Of a stretch of DNA of 64,000 nt, positions 46,624 to 55,305 are shown piece after piece; the first letter of the stretch is position 1; each line of letters opens with the position of its first letter. The position numbers were made by a program, and so were the translations under genes. Under the pieces are notes generated by a model. It made no database searches and was not told the DNA's origin. It saw nothing but the letters and a program-made list of their open reading frames with translations. The DNA is from Armatimonadia bacterium (GTDB lineage Bacteria > Armatimonadota > Zipacnadia > Zipacnadales > UBA11051), in assembly GCA_039683575.1 (NCBI GenBank), contig JBDKRC010000196.1, positions 1 to 64,000 of the forward strand. Direction: 5' to 3'.

Positions 46624-47766
46624 TTACTCCGTACTACTGGATGGTGCGCCGATCCACATTCCGCTCACTCGTCCCCATGATTCCCGCAGGTACGCTGCCC
46701 AACCCGTGATCGCCGCCAGTTCGAACTCTTTTGCGTATCCGGCCGGCACTTCCTCAACGGTCGGTGGGTAGTAGATCCCCAGGCCCGGGGTTTCCCCGCC
46801 CTGCCCAGCCCCCTGCCATCGCGCCACCACCATATCATCCACCGCCGCTATCACCTGCGCGCTCGCCTGGCTAACCTCTGCATTGGCGGTATTGCCCTGC
46901 AGGCGCGCGGCCAACTCGCGCACGTCACACAACTCGTTCTTCTCGCCCCAGCTTCTGGTACGGCTGCGCACGAATGTCATCGTCGGCGCGAGCTCAACCA
47001 GATGGCTTCGTAGAGCCGCAGTCAGTGTACTGAGCCCCGACGATACCGCTGGTAACCGCTCCAGGTCGAGCGCAAGCAGCGCGACGGGACCGTCACCGGG
47101 CATACCAGCCTCCACCACGTTCCGCGCAACGTCCACTGGCTGTGAGTTGCTGGACGCCAGTGCCTCTGACCAGGCCAGACCAGGGCTGTAGATGAGCCCC
47201 GGAGCGGCGGTGAGGAATCGGCACGTGCCCCGCAACTCATACGCTACTTCGAGACTGCCGCCGAAACACGTGTCGAGCCCAACCAGATCCAGCGGGCATC
47301 CTAGCCCTGCAACGGCCGGCTCCAGTTCCTGTCGCAGCGACCGCGGTGGCAGCCCTGCCGCTCCCTGCGCTCGGAGTAACCCGCTGCCATGCCCCATCAC
47401 CAGCAGGGCATAGTGCTTAGCTGGCAGCGTGTCCAGCGCTGAGGCCACGAAAGATCCCAAAACGCCCTTCACTGAACCCTTGGGTAACGGCGCCTGGTCG
47501 TCGGTTCGAGCCCCGTGGGCCCTTATCAGACAACGCTCAGCCGAATTGCGGTCCACCTGATCTGGCAGCATGATCATCGCCAGATTGTAGCCCTGCTTGC
47601 GAGCTGTATCCGCAAGCTGGCTCTGGTAATGCTGAGCGGCCTCGGTCAAGCCGCCTCGGGCTTCAAGGTACGCCAGTATGGTCCATGCCGGCTGCGCAGA
47701 TGCAAGTCCGTGCACCGCAGCAGCCAGCATGCATAGGGTCAGGATGCAGACGGTGCGGCTGTTTAT
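46624..47766 (-). CDS. Clostripain-family (C11, clan CD) cysteine peptidase
   Basis: WTILAYL, PAKHYALLVMGHGSG (His), DLVGLDTC (Cys), SLEVAYEL, GLGIYYP. The start is uncertain: ATA 47766 gives a full signal peptide; the first ATG is 47730. Confidence 0.8.
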   Translation of the reverse strand: MNSRTVCILTLCMLAAAVHGLASAQPAWTILAYLEARGGLTEAAQHYQSQLADTARKQGYNLAMIMLPDQVDRNSAERCLIRAHGARTDDQAPLPKGSVKGVLGSFVASALDTLPAKHYALLVMGHGSGLLRAQGAAGLPPRSLRQELEPAVAGLGCPLDLVGLDTCFGGSLEVAYELRGTCRFLTAAPGLIYSPGLAWSEALASSNSQPVDVARNVVEAGMPGDGPVALLALDLERLPAVSSGLSTLTAALRSHLVELAPTMTFVRSRTRSWGEKNELCDVRELAARLQGNTANAEVSQASAQVIAAVDDMVVARWQGAGQGGETPGLGIYYPPTVEEVPAGYAKEFELAAITGWAAYLRESWGRVSGMWIGAPSSSTE

Positions 47767-49652
47767 CTTCGGCCCGACCTCCCTGCACCGGTCCAGCCGC
47801 CGTGGCGCGCCGGGATCGGCGTGCGAACCCCTGCACTCGTGGGCGTCGGCGGCGGCGTCAGAGCAGTTGTGAACTTCCGCATCTCGCTGTAGAGGAAGCC
47901 GGACTTGCCGTTGTAGACGGGCCTATGGGGGTCTGCGCTCTGCCGCGCTCCCACCCGCCACCAATAGGTAGTCTCTGCCGACAATGGCCCTCGCAGCACG
48001 GCACTCTGCGGCGTTGAGGTGGTACCAGTCGTGCGGGCAATCGCTGTCCGGAACAGCGGTTCGCTGGTGCCATCTGGATCGCTCTCAGGGAATACTTCAA
48101 CCTGGTATTCATTCGCCCCAACCGTCGACTGCCAGGTGAAGGTGATATCCTCGGTGGTTACGCTCGTAGAGTTGGCAGCCGGCGTGGAGCCAAGTACAGG
48201 CGGCACGAAGAAGGTAACGGGGCCACACGCGGCGCTTGCCTCGCTGATCGCATTCGAGGGATCGACTTCAAGGTTCGGCTCAGGCAGGTCAACCACCTGG
48301 GCGGTGCCGATTGGAGGGTTGGTGCCGGGCGGCTGCAGCGGATCGATGATCCGGCGGACCCGATAGAAGTACCGGCTGCCAGCGACCAATGGATTGTCGA
48401 CGTACGCGTATGTGACGGTGCCCTGGTCGATCTCCCCATCCTCATTGCGGTAGTCGAACTCGAACTCGGTATCGGCGAATTCAGTCGTTAGTGCCTCGTC
48501 GCTGAAAACGCTGAAGCCGGGATCGTTCGTGACGGCTATGATGTTCGTGGCCGAAGTCAGGAAGTTCCTGTTGTTGGTGCCGCGGTAGACTACAAAGCCA
48601 TGGGTTGTCGCGCCCGCGGTCGACCCGGTGTGAATGCGCAGTTCGATGGTCGGTACCGCGCCAGGCGCCTCCTGATTCATGAAGCAGTCTACTGATGAGG
48701 GGCTGGCCGAGGTTGACCCGGTACCGATAGCAGCCACTCCAACAAGCAGCAGAAGCGCTGCCAGCATCTGACTGCCGCGCTTAACCTTCTTGCTTCGTTC
48801 CTCGGCGGCCATCGCACTTACAGGCTTGTAAATACGGTAGATCCGGTCGCCGGTCGTGGGTATGGCGCCCTGAACCGCACGGGCGGTGGACATGCCAGCC
48901 TCGGCGTCCGCGATGCGGATGACGCCGACGCGCCGCATGATTACCTGCTCTACGTCCGGCTGCCATGTCGGCCGCATGACCAGCATGTCATCGCCGCTTG
49001 AGATGCCGTCGTCCGTTCCCAGGTTGATGTTGATATTGCCCTGGTCATCAACCATCTCTACGGCACCGCGGCGCACCGTCGCGCTGAGCATCTGCTCAAC
49101 GCCGGCCTCAGCCGCCTGCCGCATTGCCTCATGCGTGACCTGAGCCACGTCGCCACTGAACCCTGGGATCGGCTTGGTCTGGATGCTTACCGCCGCGCCG
49201 TCCAGGTATTCGCCGATGGCTACGTCGAGCAACTGCAGATGCAGCACCACGCGCGCCTGGCCGTTGCTGGGGTCGACCCGCAGGTCAGCCAGATTGCCCA
49301 CGAGGACTTTCTCAACATGCAGGCGCTGACCTAGTCGCACCTGCTCCGGAGTGGATAGCGGCGGCTTCATCCGCAGCGCCTGCATCTCCCGGTCCAGGTC
49401 CACTGTCGAGGTGACAATGTACTCCTTGCGGTCCTCGAGCGCCAACGCCGCGGCGGCCGTGACCTCGCGCATGAGCGCGGGCGTTGCGCGGTTTGTCAGG
49501 TCCTGGAATGGCACCACGGCTACTGCCGGGACATTCTGGGCGGCTTGGCCAAATGCCGATGGCAAGTACACCAAGCCCTGGGGGGTGAGCATCGCCACCA
49601 TAATGATGTAGGCGACGATGCGACTCACCGAATTTCTGCGTAACTGCTGCAT
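47763..49652 (-). CDS. Exported protein: CsgG/FlgT-like domains, internal hydrophobic helix, FN3-like domains
   Basis: Signal ending AFG-Q; AVAVVPFQD..LGQRLHVEKVLVGNL; FlgT-C-like ININLGTDDGISSGD..VGVIRI..GDRI; MLAALLLLVGVAAIG; YFYRVR, FTWQST..YQVEV..YWWRVGA. Confidence 0.72.
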   Translation of the reverse strand: MQQLRRNSVSRIVAYIIMVAMLTPQGLVYLPSAFGQAAQNVPAVAVVPFQDLTNRATPALMREVTAAAALALEDRKEYIVTSTVDLDREMQALRMKPPLSTPEQVRLGQRLHVEKVLVGNLADLRVDPSNGQARVVLHLQLLDVAIGEYLDGAAVSIQTKPIPGFSGDVAQVTHEAMRQAAEAGVEQMLSATVRRGAVEMVDDQGNININLGTDDGISSGDDMLVMRPTWQPDVEQVIMRRVGVIRIADAEAGMSTARAVQGAIPTTGDRIYRIYKPVSAMAAEERSKKVKRGSQMLAALLLLVGVAAIGTGSTSASPSSVDCFMNQEAPGAVPTIELRIHTGSTAGATTHGFVVYRGTNNRNFLTSATNIIAVTNDPGFSVFSDEALTTEFADTEFEFDYRNEDGEIDQGTVTYAYVDNPLVAGSRYFYRVRRIIDPLQPPGTNPPIGTAQVVDLPEPNLEVDPSNAISEASAACGPVTFFVPPVLGSTPAANSTSVTTEDITFTWQSTVGANEYQVEVFPESDPDGTSEPLFRTAIARTTGTTSTPQSAVLRGPLSAETTYWWRVGARQSADPHRPVYNGKSGFLYSEMRKFTTALTPPPTPTSAGVRTPIPARHGGWTGAGRSGRR

Positions 49653-49763
49653 GGGGTGTGCTCTCCCTCCCACAGTATCTCGGCACGGCAAATGGCACGG
49701 CGACGGCAGTATATCATGCACTTCTTCAACTGTAAACGAGACGCGCGCAGCCCCCAGAGGCGA

Positions 49764-52700
49764 CTACCGCGCACCCTTGTATAGCGGCATAACAGCCCGG
49801 GCTTCCTGCCCGCTGTCGGTGCGGCCGATGATGGTGACCAGGTAACGCCCGTTCGGTGCAGTGTTGCCCCGGGCATCACGGCCGTCCCACAGCAGCGTGT
49901 TCTGGCCGGCGGCCTGGTGCTCACTGTCAGCCAGTTGCCTGATCGTGCGGCCCGCGATGTTGCAGATGACTGATGTCACCTGCGCCGGACGCGACAGCAC
50001 ATAGCTCACTGAGATGGCGCTGCCGTTGGTGGACGCTGCCATCGGGCTGATCGCCAGTTGGCCCAGGCCCTGCGGCGTAACCACGACCTGCAACTCTCGC
50101 TCGGTGTCACTCGCCGTGAACACATAGCTCGAGTTCGTCCGCATATACACCTGCTGCCCCGTCTTCGTGTCCACCAGCAGCGGTCGCACGTCCTTGGGCA
50201 GTTGCGACAGATCCGGCCACCCAACCCGCACCTTCTGCCCCACTTGGTTCGTATAGACCTTCAGTTTCCAGGTGTTCTTCTGGCCCGTCGGGCGAACGTC
50301 TACGCCGTAGTTGCCCGCCGAGTTTGACCAGCCGCTGTTGTCAATGGCCGTGTACACGTAGGCGCCCATGGCAGGAACCGGAGGCTTGGCCTGGTCCAGG
50401 TTGAAGTCGCAGCCCTCGGTGGCGCCAGTCGCGGCTCCCAGGTACGTCGCGGTGTCCGCGGTCCCCGCAACTGCGGTCTTCAGTTGCAGCAGCCACCCAT
50501 TTTCTACGCTCGGCGCATACGACCGCTCTTGCCCCGCTGCCAGCCCGCCGACGCTCTCGGTCAGGATCAGGTAGCATGGCTGATTGGCCTTGAGCCAATA
50601 GCCGGTGTACGGGGACAGCACGCCGACGGTCTGGTATCCGCCCAGTACGTACGCATACAGCCCCGAACCCAGCATTCCTCTCGACAGTGCCTCCTGCAGC
50701 GTGTACACCGACGTACCTGAGCGAACGCTCCCGGTGTAGAAGTCAATCCGGCTCTGGTGCGGGCAGCCGACCAGATTCCAGCCCGCGGAAAGCGGGATCT
50801 CGACGGTGTCCGTAGAGGCAACGCCCTCCACCGACAGGTCCGCCGAGGCCGTCAGGTTCATCCAGTAGCCTGTGCCCAGGCGGAACCGGTCAGCCGGAGC
50901 TTCCGGATACAGCCGGTAGCGCTGCCTCGTGGTCTCCCATGTCGCCATGCGCAGGCTCGAAGAGCTCACACCGAGCATGGTCGCGGGGTCAACATCACTG
51001 TAATCCCACGGGAAGGATACCAACTGCAGGCCCTTGGGGAACGTGTGCAGGGCGTCCATCGTGAAGTTGACGTTGTACGTCGTCGCTCCACTCTCGACAG
51101 TTGCCTGCTGGCTCGTCGGCTGGGCCGTCATCCCGATCTTCTCTGCGACGACGGTCAGTTCCCCGGAAGGCACGTTGTCTACCAGGAAGTTCTGCTCGAT
51201 CCCATTCTCATCTTCCGTGACAACCGTGCTGCTGGTGGTCGTCTGGCCAACCAGCCTGTCGCCGAACATCAGCCGGACCGTCACGCCGCCTATGAAGGCG
51301 CCGGTTCCTGCGCTGACCACGCGGCCGGCCACTTTTCCTGGCGGAGCCGTCTCAAGGGCTATCGGCGGATCAACGTTCAGGGTCGTCGCCGGCTCGACGG
51401 TGACGCTGCGCGGCGTGGAGACGCTGTAGCCGGCCGCTCCCGCCGTTAGCGAATACTGCCGCGGCGGCAGGTTCAGAGTCGCGTCGCCATTCTGATCCGT
51501 GTAGGCCGTGACGGTGGTGCCGGCGCTGTCCACGGCGCTTACGCGAGCGTTCACCACGGCCTTACCGTCAGTTGCCGTGACTACTTTCACGTTCACGCTG
51601 CCGTTCGCGGCATCCAGCCGGAAGTCAAGCGTGGTGGTGTCGCCGACGCGCACCACGGCCTTGGACTGCTTGGACCCGTAGGAAATCTCCGCCCCGTTCG
51701 CCGTCACCAGGTACTCGCCTGGAGGGATGTTGGGCAGCATGTACCGACCGTCTGCGCCGGTGTAAACCGTGGTGGGAAGCTCGTCCTGTGACGGCGGGTT
51801 GTCCATATCCGGATCCGGAACAATCGACACCGCGACACGCGACAGTGGCTCCTTGCTCGTTCGGGACGTCACCGTGCCGGCAATCGCGCCCGGCTTTTCC
51901 TTCTCGATCGTGAAGTCAACCGTTCGCGGTAGCTGTCCACCGTGGACAAACTCGCCCTCGTAGTGGTCAATCGCTGTATAGCCTGGCCGGACTACGTCGA
52001 TGTTGTAACGGCCCGGCGGCAGCCCCTGCACGATGTAGGTACCGTCTTCCTGGCAACGCACGGCGTACTTCACAACATCGGTCCCGGCGGTCGTGGTCAC
52101 GCTCACCCGGACCACAGGTGTCGGGTCATTCACTGCCTGCCCGGCGTCGCTAACCGAGAGCACAGTCCCCTGGAAGCCGCCAGTCCGCGACCAACATGCA
52201 AAGTTGTGAATCAAGTGGCTGCGGTGGTTGCGGCACCGGGACGGGGTAACGTCGTATCCACGATGTATCTGCTCGAGGCCGAAGGATAGGAAAACCACCT
52301 TACCGCCCAGAGTATTCCCCGTATACTCGTATCGCACGCCGACGCAGGGCCCGAAAGCTGTCCCCTCATCGGCGGCGGCGCCATAGATCTTTGTCGACCC
52401 CAGCGGCGTAAGCGAGTCCGGCCGGATGGACCACTGCGCAGCATCCGTGTACCATGGGCTGCTCGGCCGTGTCACGCGTGCTGACTTCAGCGGCAGTGGC
52501 GAATCGTCGCTTGCCGTCCAGTTGGGCCAGTCTCCAGCGTGGGAACCGCCGCCCGCAACCCCCGGGACATTCCATGCGTCGTCCGATACCGGATCGTTCC
52601 CCAGGCCACCCACCCCGAATTCCTGTGCCGTCCGCTCCATGTTGAAGGGGTTAGTGCCGTTTGGCCCAACAGCGCAGTCAGCCAGGAAGCTGACTTGAAG

Positions 52701-54881
52701 TATGTTGGTGACAAAGCTGTTCGACTGCGTGCCATTTAGCGTTAGCGCCCAGACGATGTCCTCGCCACTCATGAACAGACGCCCGCCCTGCCGGACGAAA
52801 TTGCCTACATCGGCCTGAACCGATGCGTCCATGATCGTGCCATCGGCAATCCACACGTTACCCGTGTGAGGGGCGGCCCAGATCACGGCCCGGTCGGCCA
52901 CCGGTACCGCGCGCGTGGCTACAGCATCGGGGTTGGTTGCGCGGGCCGGGTCCAACTGGTACTCGATCGTTGGCAGGTAGTACTGGTAAACGGTCTGAGG
53001 AATCGCCCCACGGCAGATCACGCGCCACACGTCGTACATGCGCGCCGCACTCAAGTTTTGGCTGCCGCCGACGCCGCCCTGAATGGTGTCGTAATCAATG
53101 GTCGATTCGACACCTCCATAAGTACTCGGGTTATACGTGTAGTACGTCTCCACGTGCCAACCCGCGGCATAGTCGTTGTTGTAGCCCTGCCCAAGCGCGT
53201 AGAGATAAGACTGGCCCTCGCAGTAGTCATCCACGAACAGGACGTTGTTGCGGGGCGAAAAAGTGCGCGTCGAGAAACCGTACACGTCGTCGTACGTGAC
53301 ATAGTTCCCGACCTTATCCACCACCATGATGTCGATGATGTAGTCATGCCCACCATTCACGGTCGGCGTCTGCCACGTACCCACGTACTCTCCCGCCGTG
53401 GCATCGTACTGCAGGGGAATCCGTCCCACCGTCTGACTGTCGATCTCCAGCCACCTCTCGCCGCCTTGGAAGCTTGAGTCGTAGTAGTGTCCGGACTCTA
53501 CGTCATAGATCCGGGGAGAGATCTCCGGGTCTTTGAACAGTGCCATAACACTGTAAACGCCGCTGTCACCGTCATAGACCGGAACCGAAACGGTGACCTC
53601 GCCGCCCGGTGACGCCAGCCGCGGGGAGGCTGACGGCAGTTCCGACGTCAGCGTACCATTTTTGAACTTCGCCAGGATCGGCGGAGTGACATCCGACTGC
53701 TGAGTCATCCAGATGTCAGTCAAGCCGCTGCGGTCTGACGTGAACACGATCCGGTACGGTGCCCCGGTCATGTTGAGCGTGAAACTCGGATCGGTGTCGT
53801 TGCTCGACTCTGTGGACACGGGCAGCGTCTGCAAGGGGCTGGAGACTTCGCCCTCGCCCGGCATTCGCAGGATATTCCAGTCCCCGCTCGTGTCGCCGGC
53901 GTCCGCCGCGCGCGTCGAAGCGAAGGCGATGGCATACCCGTACTTGGCATCCTGCGGATCGGTCGGATCGGGCCGGAAGGCCGGCTCCTTGTCGTCCGCC
54001 GTGGCGTCACCGCCACCGTTGCTGATCTGCTCTATCTCCGTCCCATCAGGGGCACAGATGAAAATGCGCTGCACCCCGCCAGCATCGCGAGTGAAAGCCA
54101 GAACTCCGCCAGACGGCGACCACGCCGGATCGGTATCATCAGCCACACCGCTCGTGATCGGCTGGATCAGTTGCGCGCCTGAAGATGCGACCTTGTAGAT
54201 GTCCCAGGTCCCATTCAAGTTGCACTGGAAGGCGATCCAGTTGCTGTCCGGCGACCACGTCGCGTGCAGCTTGTCGCCTGCGCCGAAGGTGATCTGCCGG
54301 ACGATGCTCGGATCCCGAACCTCGACCGTGAAAATCTGCCAGATCCCGTTTACCTGCGAACTGAAGGCCACCAGACGGCCGCCCGGGTCGTATGAAGGAT
54401 CAACCTGGTCGCCGGCCATGCTAAGCAGCTTATACTGCTCGCTGCCGTCCGAGCGCATGATCCACAGATCATCATTGGCATTGGCAGGAGCCGTCGCATC
54501 GATCTGCCCGTCCGCAGTGTCATTCGCGGTGGTGTTGTTGACGGCATCTACGCCGTTGCTCACAAACACGATTCTGTTCTGAGTCGCGCCCGGCGAAGCG
54601 TTCGGCTGCTTCTCGTACGTGGCGACCGCGGTGGGCGTAAGGTCCCTATCCAGGTCAGGACCCGTCTGACGCGTTTGCATCAAGGCTGGAGGCGTGGGCA
54701 GGTTCTGCCCGATGATGGGGCGAGCCGAGGGATTCTTGGTGAAGAGACTGAGGCCATTTACGGGGATGAGAGGACCGGCCGCTCGTTCGGTCCTTGCGGC
54801 CGAGACCGCGGAGGTGAAGAACAGATACAGGAAAAGAGCGAGCAGGATGGGCGCGGAAAACTTGAGGAGGCCCTTCTGCAA
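49764..54881 (-). CDS. Very large exported protein: TolB-like propeller, alpha/beta domain, carboxypeptidase-regulatory-like repeats, shared C-terminal module
   Basis: TTG start after AAGGGAG with a signal peptide; PD40 repeats; VLFVDD..GGRLFMSG..GKVVFLSFG; several G.IAG.V...DG.Y....PPG.Y repeats; GWNLVG, YMRT, FlgD-Ig-like end. Confidence 0.8.
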   Translation of the reverse strand: MQKGLLKFSAPILLALFLYLFFTSAVSAARTERAAGPLIPVNGLSLFTKNPSARPIIGQNLPTPPALMQTRQTGPDLDRDLTPTAVATYEKQPNASPGATQNRIVFVSNGVDAVNNTTANDTADGQIDATAPANANDDLWIMRSDGSEQYKLLSMAGDQVDPSYDPGGRLVAFSSQVNGIWQIFTVEVRDPSIVRQITFGAGDKLHATWSPDSNWIAFQCNLNGTWDIYKVASSGAQLIQPITSGVADDTDPAWSPSGGVLAFTRDAGGVQRIFICAPDGTEIEQISNGGGDATADDKEPAFRPDPTDPQDAKYGYAIAFASTRAADAGDTSGDWNILRMPGEGEVSSPLQTLPVSTESSNDTDPSFTLNMTGAPYRIVFTSDRSGLTDIWMTQQSDVTPPILAKFKNGTLTSELPSASPRLASPGGEVTVSVPVYDGDSGVYSVMALFKDPEISPRIYDVESGHYYDSSFQGGERWLEIDSQTVGRIPLQYDATAGEYVGTWQTPTVNGGHDYIIDIMVVDKVGNYVTYDDVYGFSTRTFSPRNNVLFVDDYCEGQSYLYALGQGYNNDYAAGWHVETYYTYNPSTYGGVESTIDYDTIQGGVGGSQNLSAARMYDVWRVICRGAIPQTVYQYYLPTIEYQLDPARATNPDAVATRAVPVADRAVIWAAPHTGNVWIADGTIMDASVQADVGNFVRQGGRLFMSGEDIVWALTLNGTQSNSFVTNILQVSFLADCAVGPNGTNPFNMERTAQEFGVGGLGNDPVSDDAWNVPGVAGGGSHAGDWPNWTASDDSPLPLKSARVTRPSSPWYTDAAQWSIRPDSLTPLGSTKIYGAAADEGTAFGPCVGVRYEYTGNTLGGKVVFLSFGLEQIHRGYDVTPSRCRNHRSHLIHNFACWSRTGGFQGTVLSVSDAGQAVNDPTPVVRVSVTTTAGTDVVKYAVRCQEDGTYIVQGLPPGRYNIDVVRPGYTAIDHYEGEFVHGGQLPRTVDFTIEKEKPGAIAGTVTSRTSKEPLSRVAVSIVPDPDMDNPPSQDELPTTVYTGADGRYMLPNIPPGEYLVTANGAEISYGSKQSKAVVRVGDTTTLDFRLDAANGSVNVKVVTATDGKAVVNARVSAVDSAGTTVTAYTDQNGDATLNLPPRQYSLTAGAAGYSVSTPRSVTVEPATTLNVDPPIALETAPPGKVAGRVVSAGTGAFIGGVTVRLMFGDRLVGQTTTSSTVVTEDENGIEQNFLVDNVPSGELTVVAEKIGMTAQPTSQQATVESGATTYNVNFTMDALHTFPKGLQLVSFPWDYSDVDPATMLGVSSSSLRMATWETTRQRYRLYPEAPADRFRLGTGYWMNLTASADLSVEGVASTDTVEIPLSAGWNLVGCPHQSRIDFYTGSVRSGTSVYTLQEALSRGMLGSGLYAYVLGGYQTVGVLSPYTGYWLKANQPCYLILTESVGGLAAGQERSYAPSVENGWLLQLKTAVAGTADTATYLGAATGATEGCDFNLDQAKPPVPAMGAYVYTAIDNSGWSNSAGNYGVDVRPTGQKNTWKLKVYTNQVGQKVRVGWPDLSQLPKDVRPLLVDTKTGQQVYMRTNSSYVFTASDTERELQVVVTPQGLGQLAISPMAASTNGSAISVSYVLSRPAQVTSVICNIAGRTIRQLADSEHQAAGQNTLLWDGRDARGNTAPNGRYLVTIIGRTDSGQEARAVMPLYKGAR

Positions 54882-55178
54882 CCGAATCACTCCCTTGGCG
54901 GGTGCTGCAGTGAAGTCTGCCAACAACTGGCGCACGTGGTAAGACGGAAGTCAGTGAGACATGCAGAACCCGCAGGACCGGTACTTCGCCCGCCAGCCAC
55001 ACCACAGAAGAATGCCTGACACACGCGTCACCGTGCCTGATAAACACGCCATCAGGTCTGCGTACGCTTTTCCCAGCTACCTGCTTGCATTGGGCAGCTC
55101 CCTCCCCATCGCCTACCCCTGTGGAGCTCAGAACCGTGTGCAAGAAGTCAATCTGCTCGCTGTTTTACCAGCGGATTC

Positions 55179-55228
55179 ATTATAACACCCGGTATTGGCG
55201 TTGACAAGATGTTGAACCGGATGTTGAA
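55179..55228 (-). promoter_or_regulatory. Promoter of the exported-protein cluster with upstream direct repeats
   Basis: Minus strand TTGTCA(55207-55202)-N17-TATAAT(55184-55179); GATGTTGAA at 55208 and 55220. Confidence 0.6.
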
Positions 55229-55305
55229 GCTGTCCGCATCATGGTATAACAAGCCCTAATCATGGCGCTTTGCGCCCGGTCAGAGGTGCGCTTGCGTCAT
55301 GAAGA

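Noticed and set aside
36984-54881. Calling the cluster a canonical T9SS, curli or flagellar locus
   Set aside because: No recognisable porK/L/M/N, sprA, porV, csgA/B or flagellar structural genes are present; only fold-level analogies.
55224-55250. Plus-strand promoter-like TTGAAG-N15-TATAAC pointing antisense into coaE
   Set aside because: The spacing is suboptimal and there is no credible downstream gene; it cannot be supported without transcript data.
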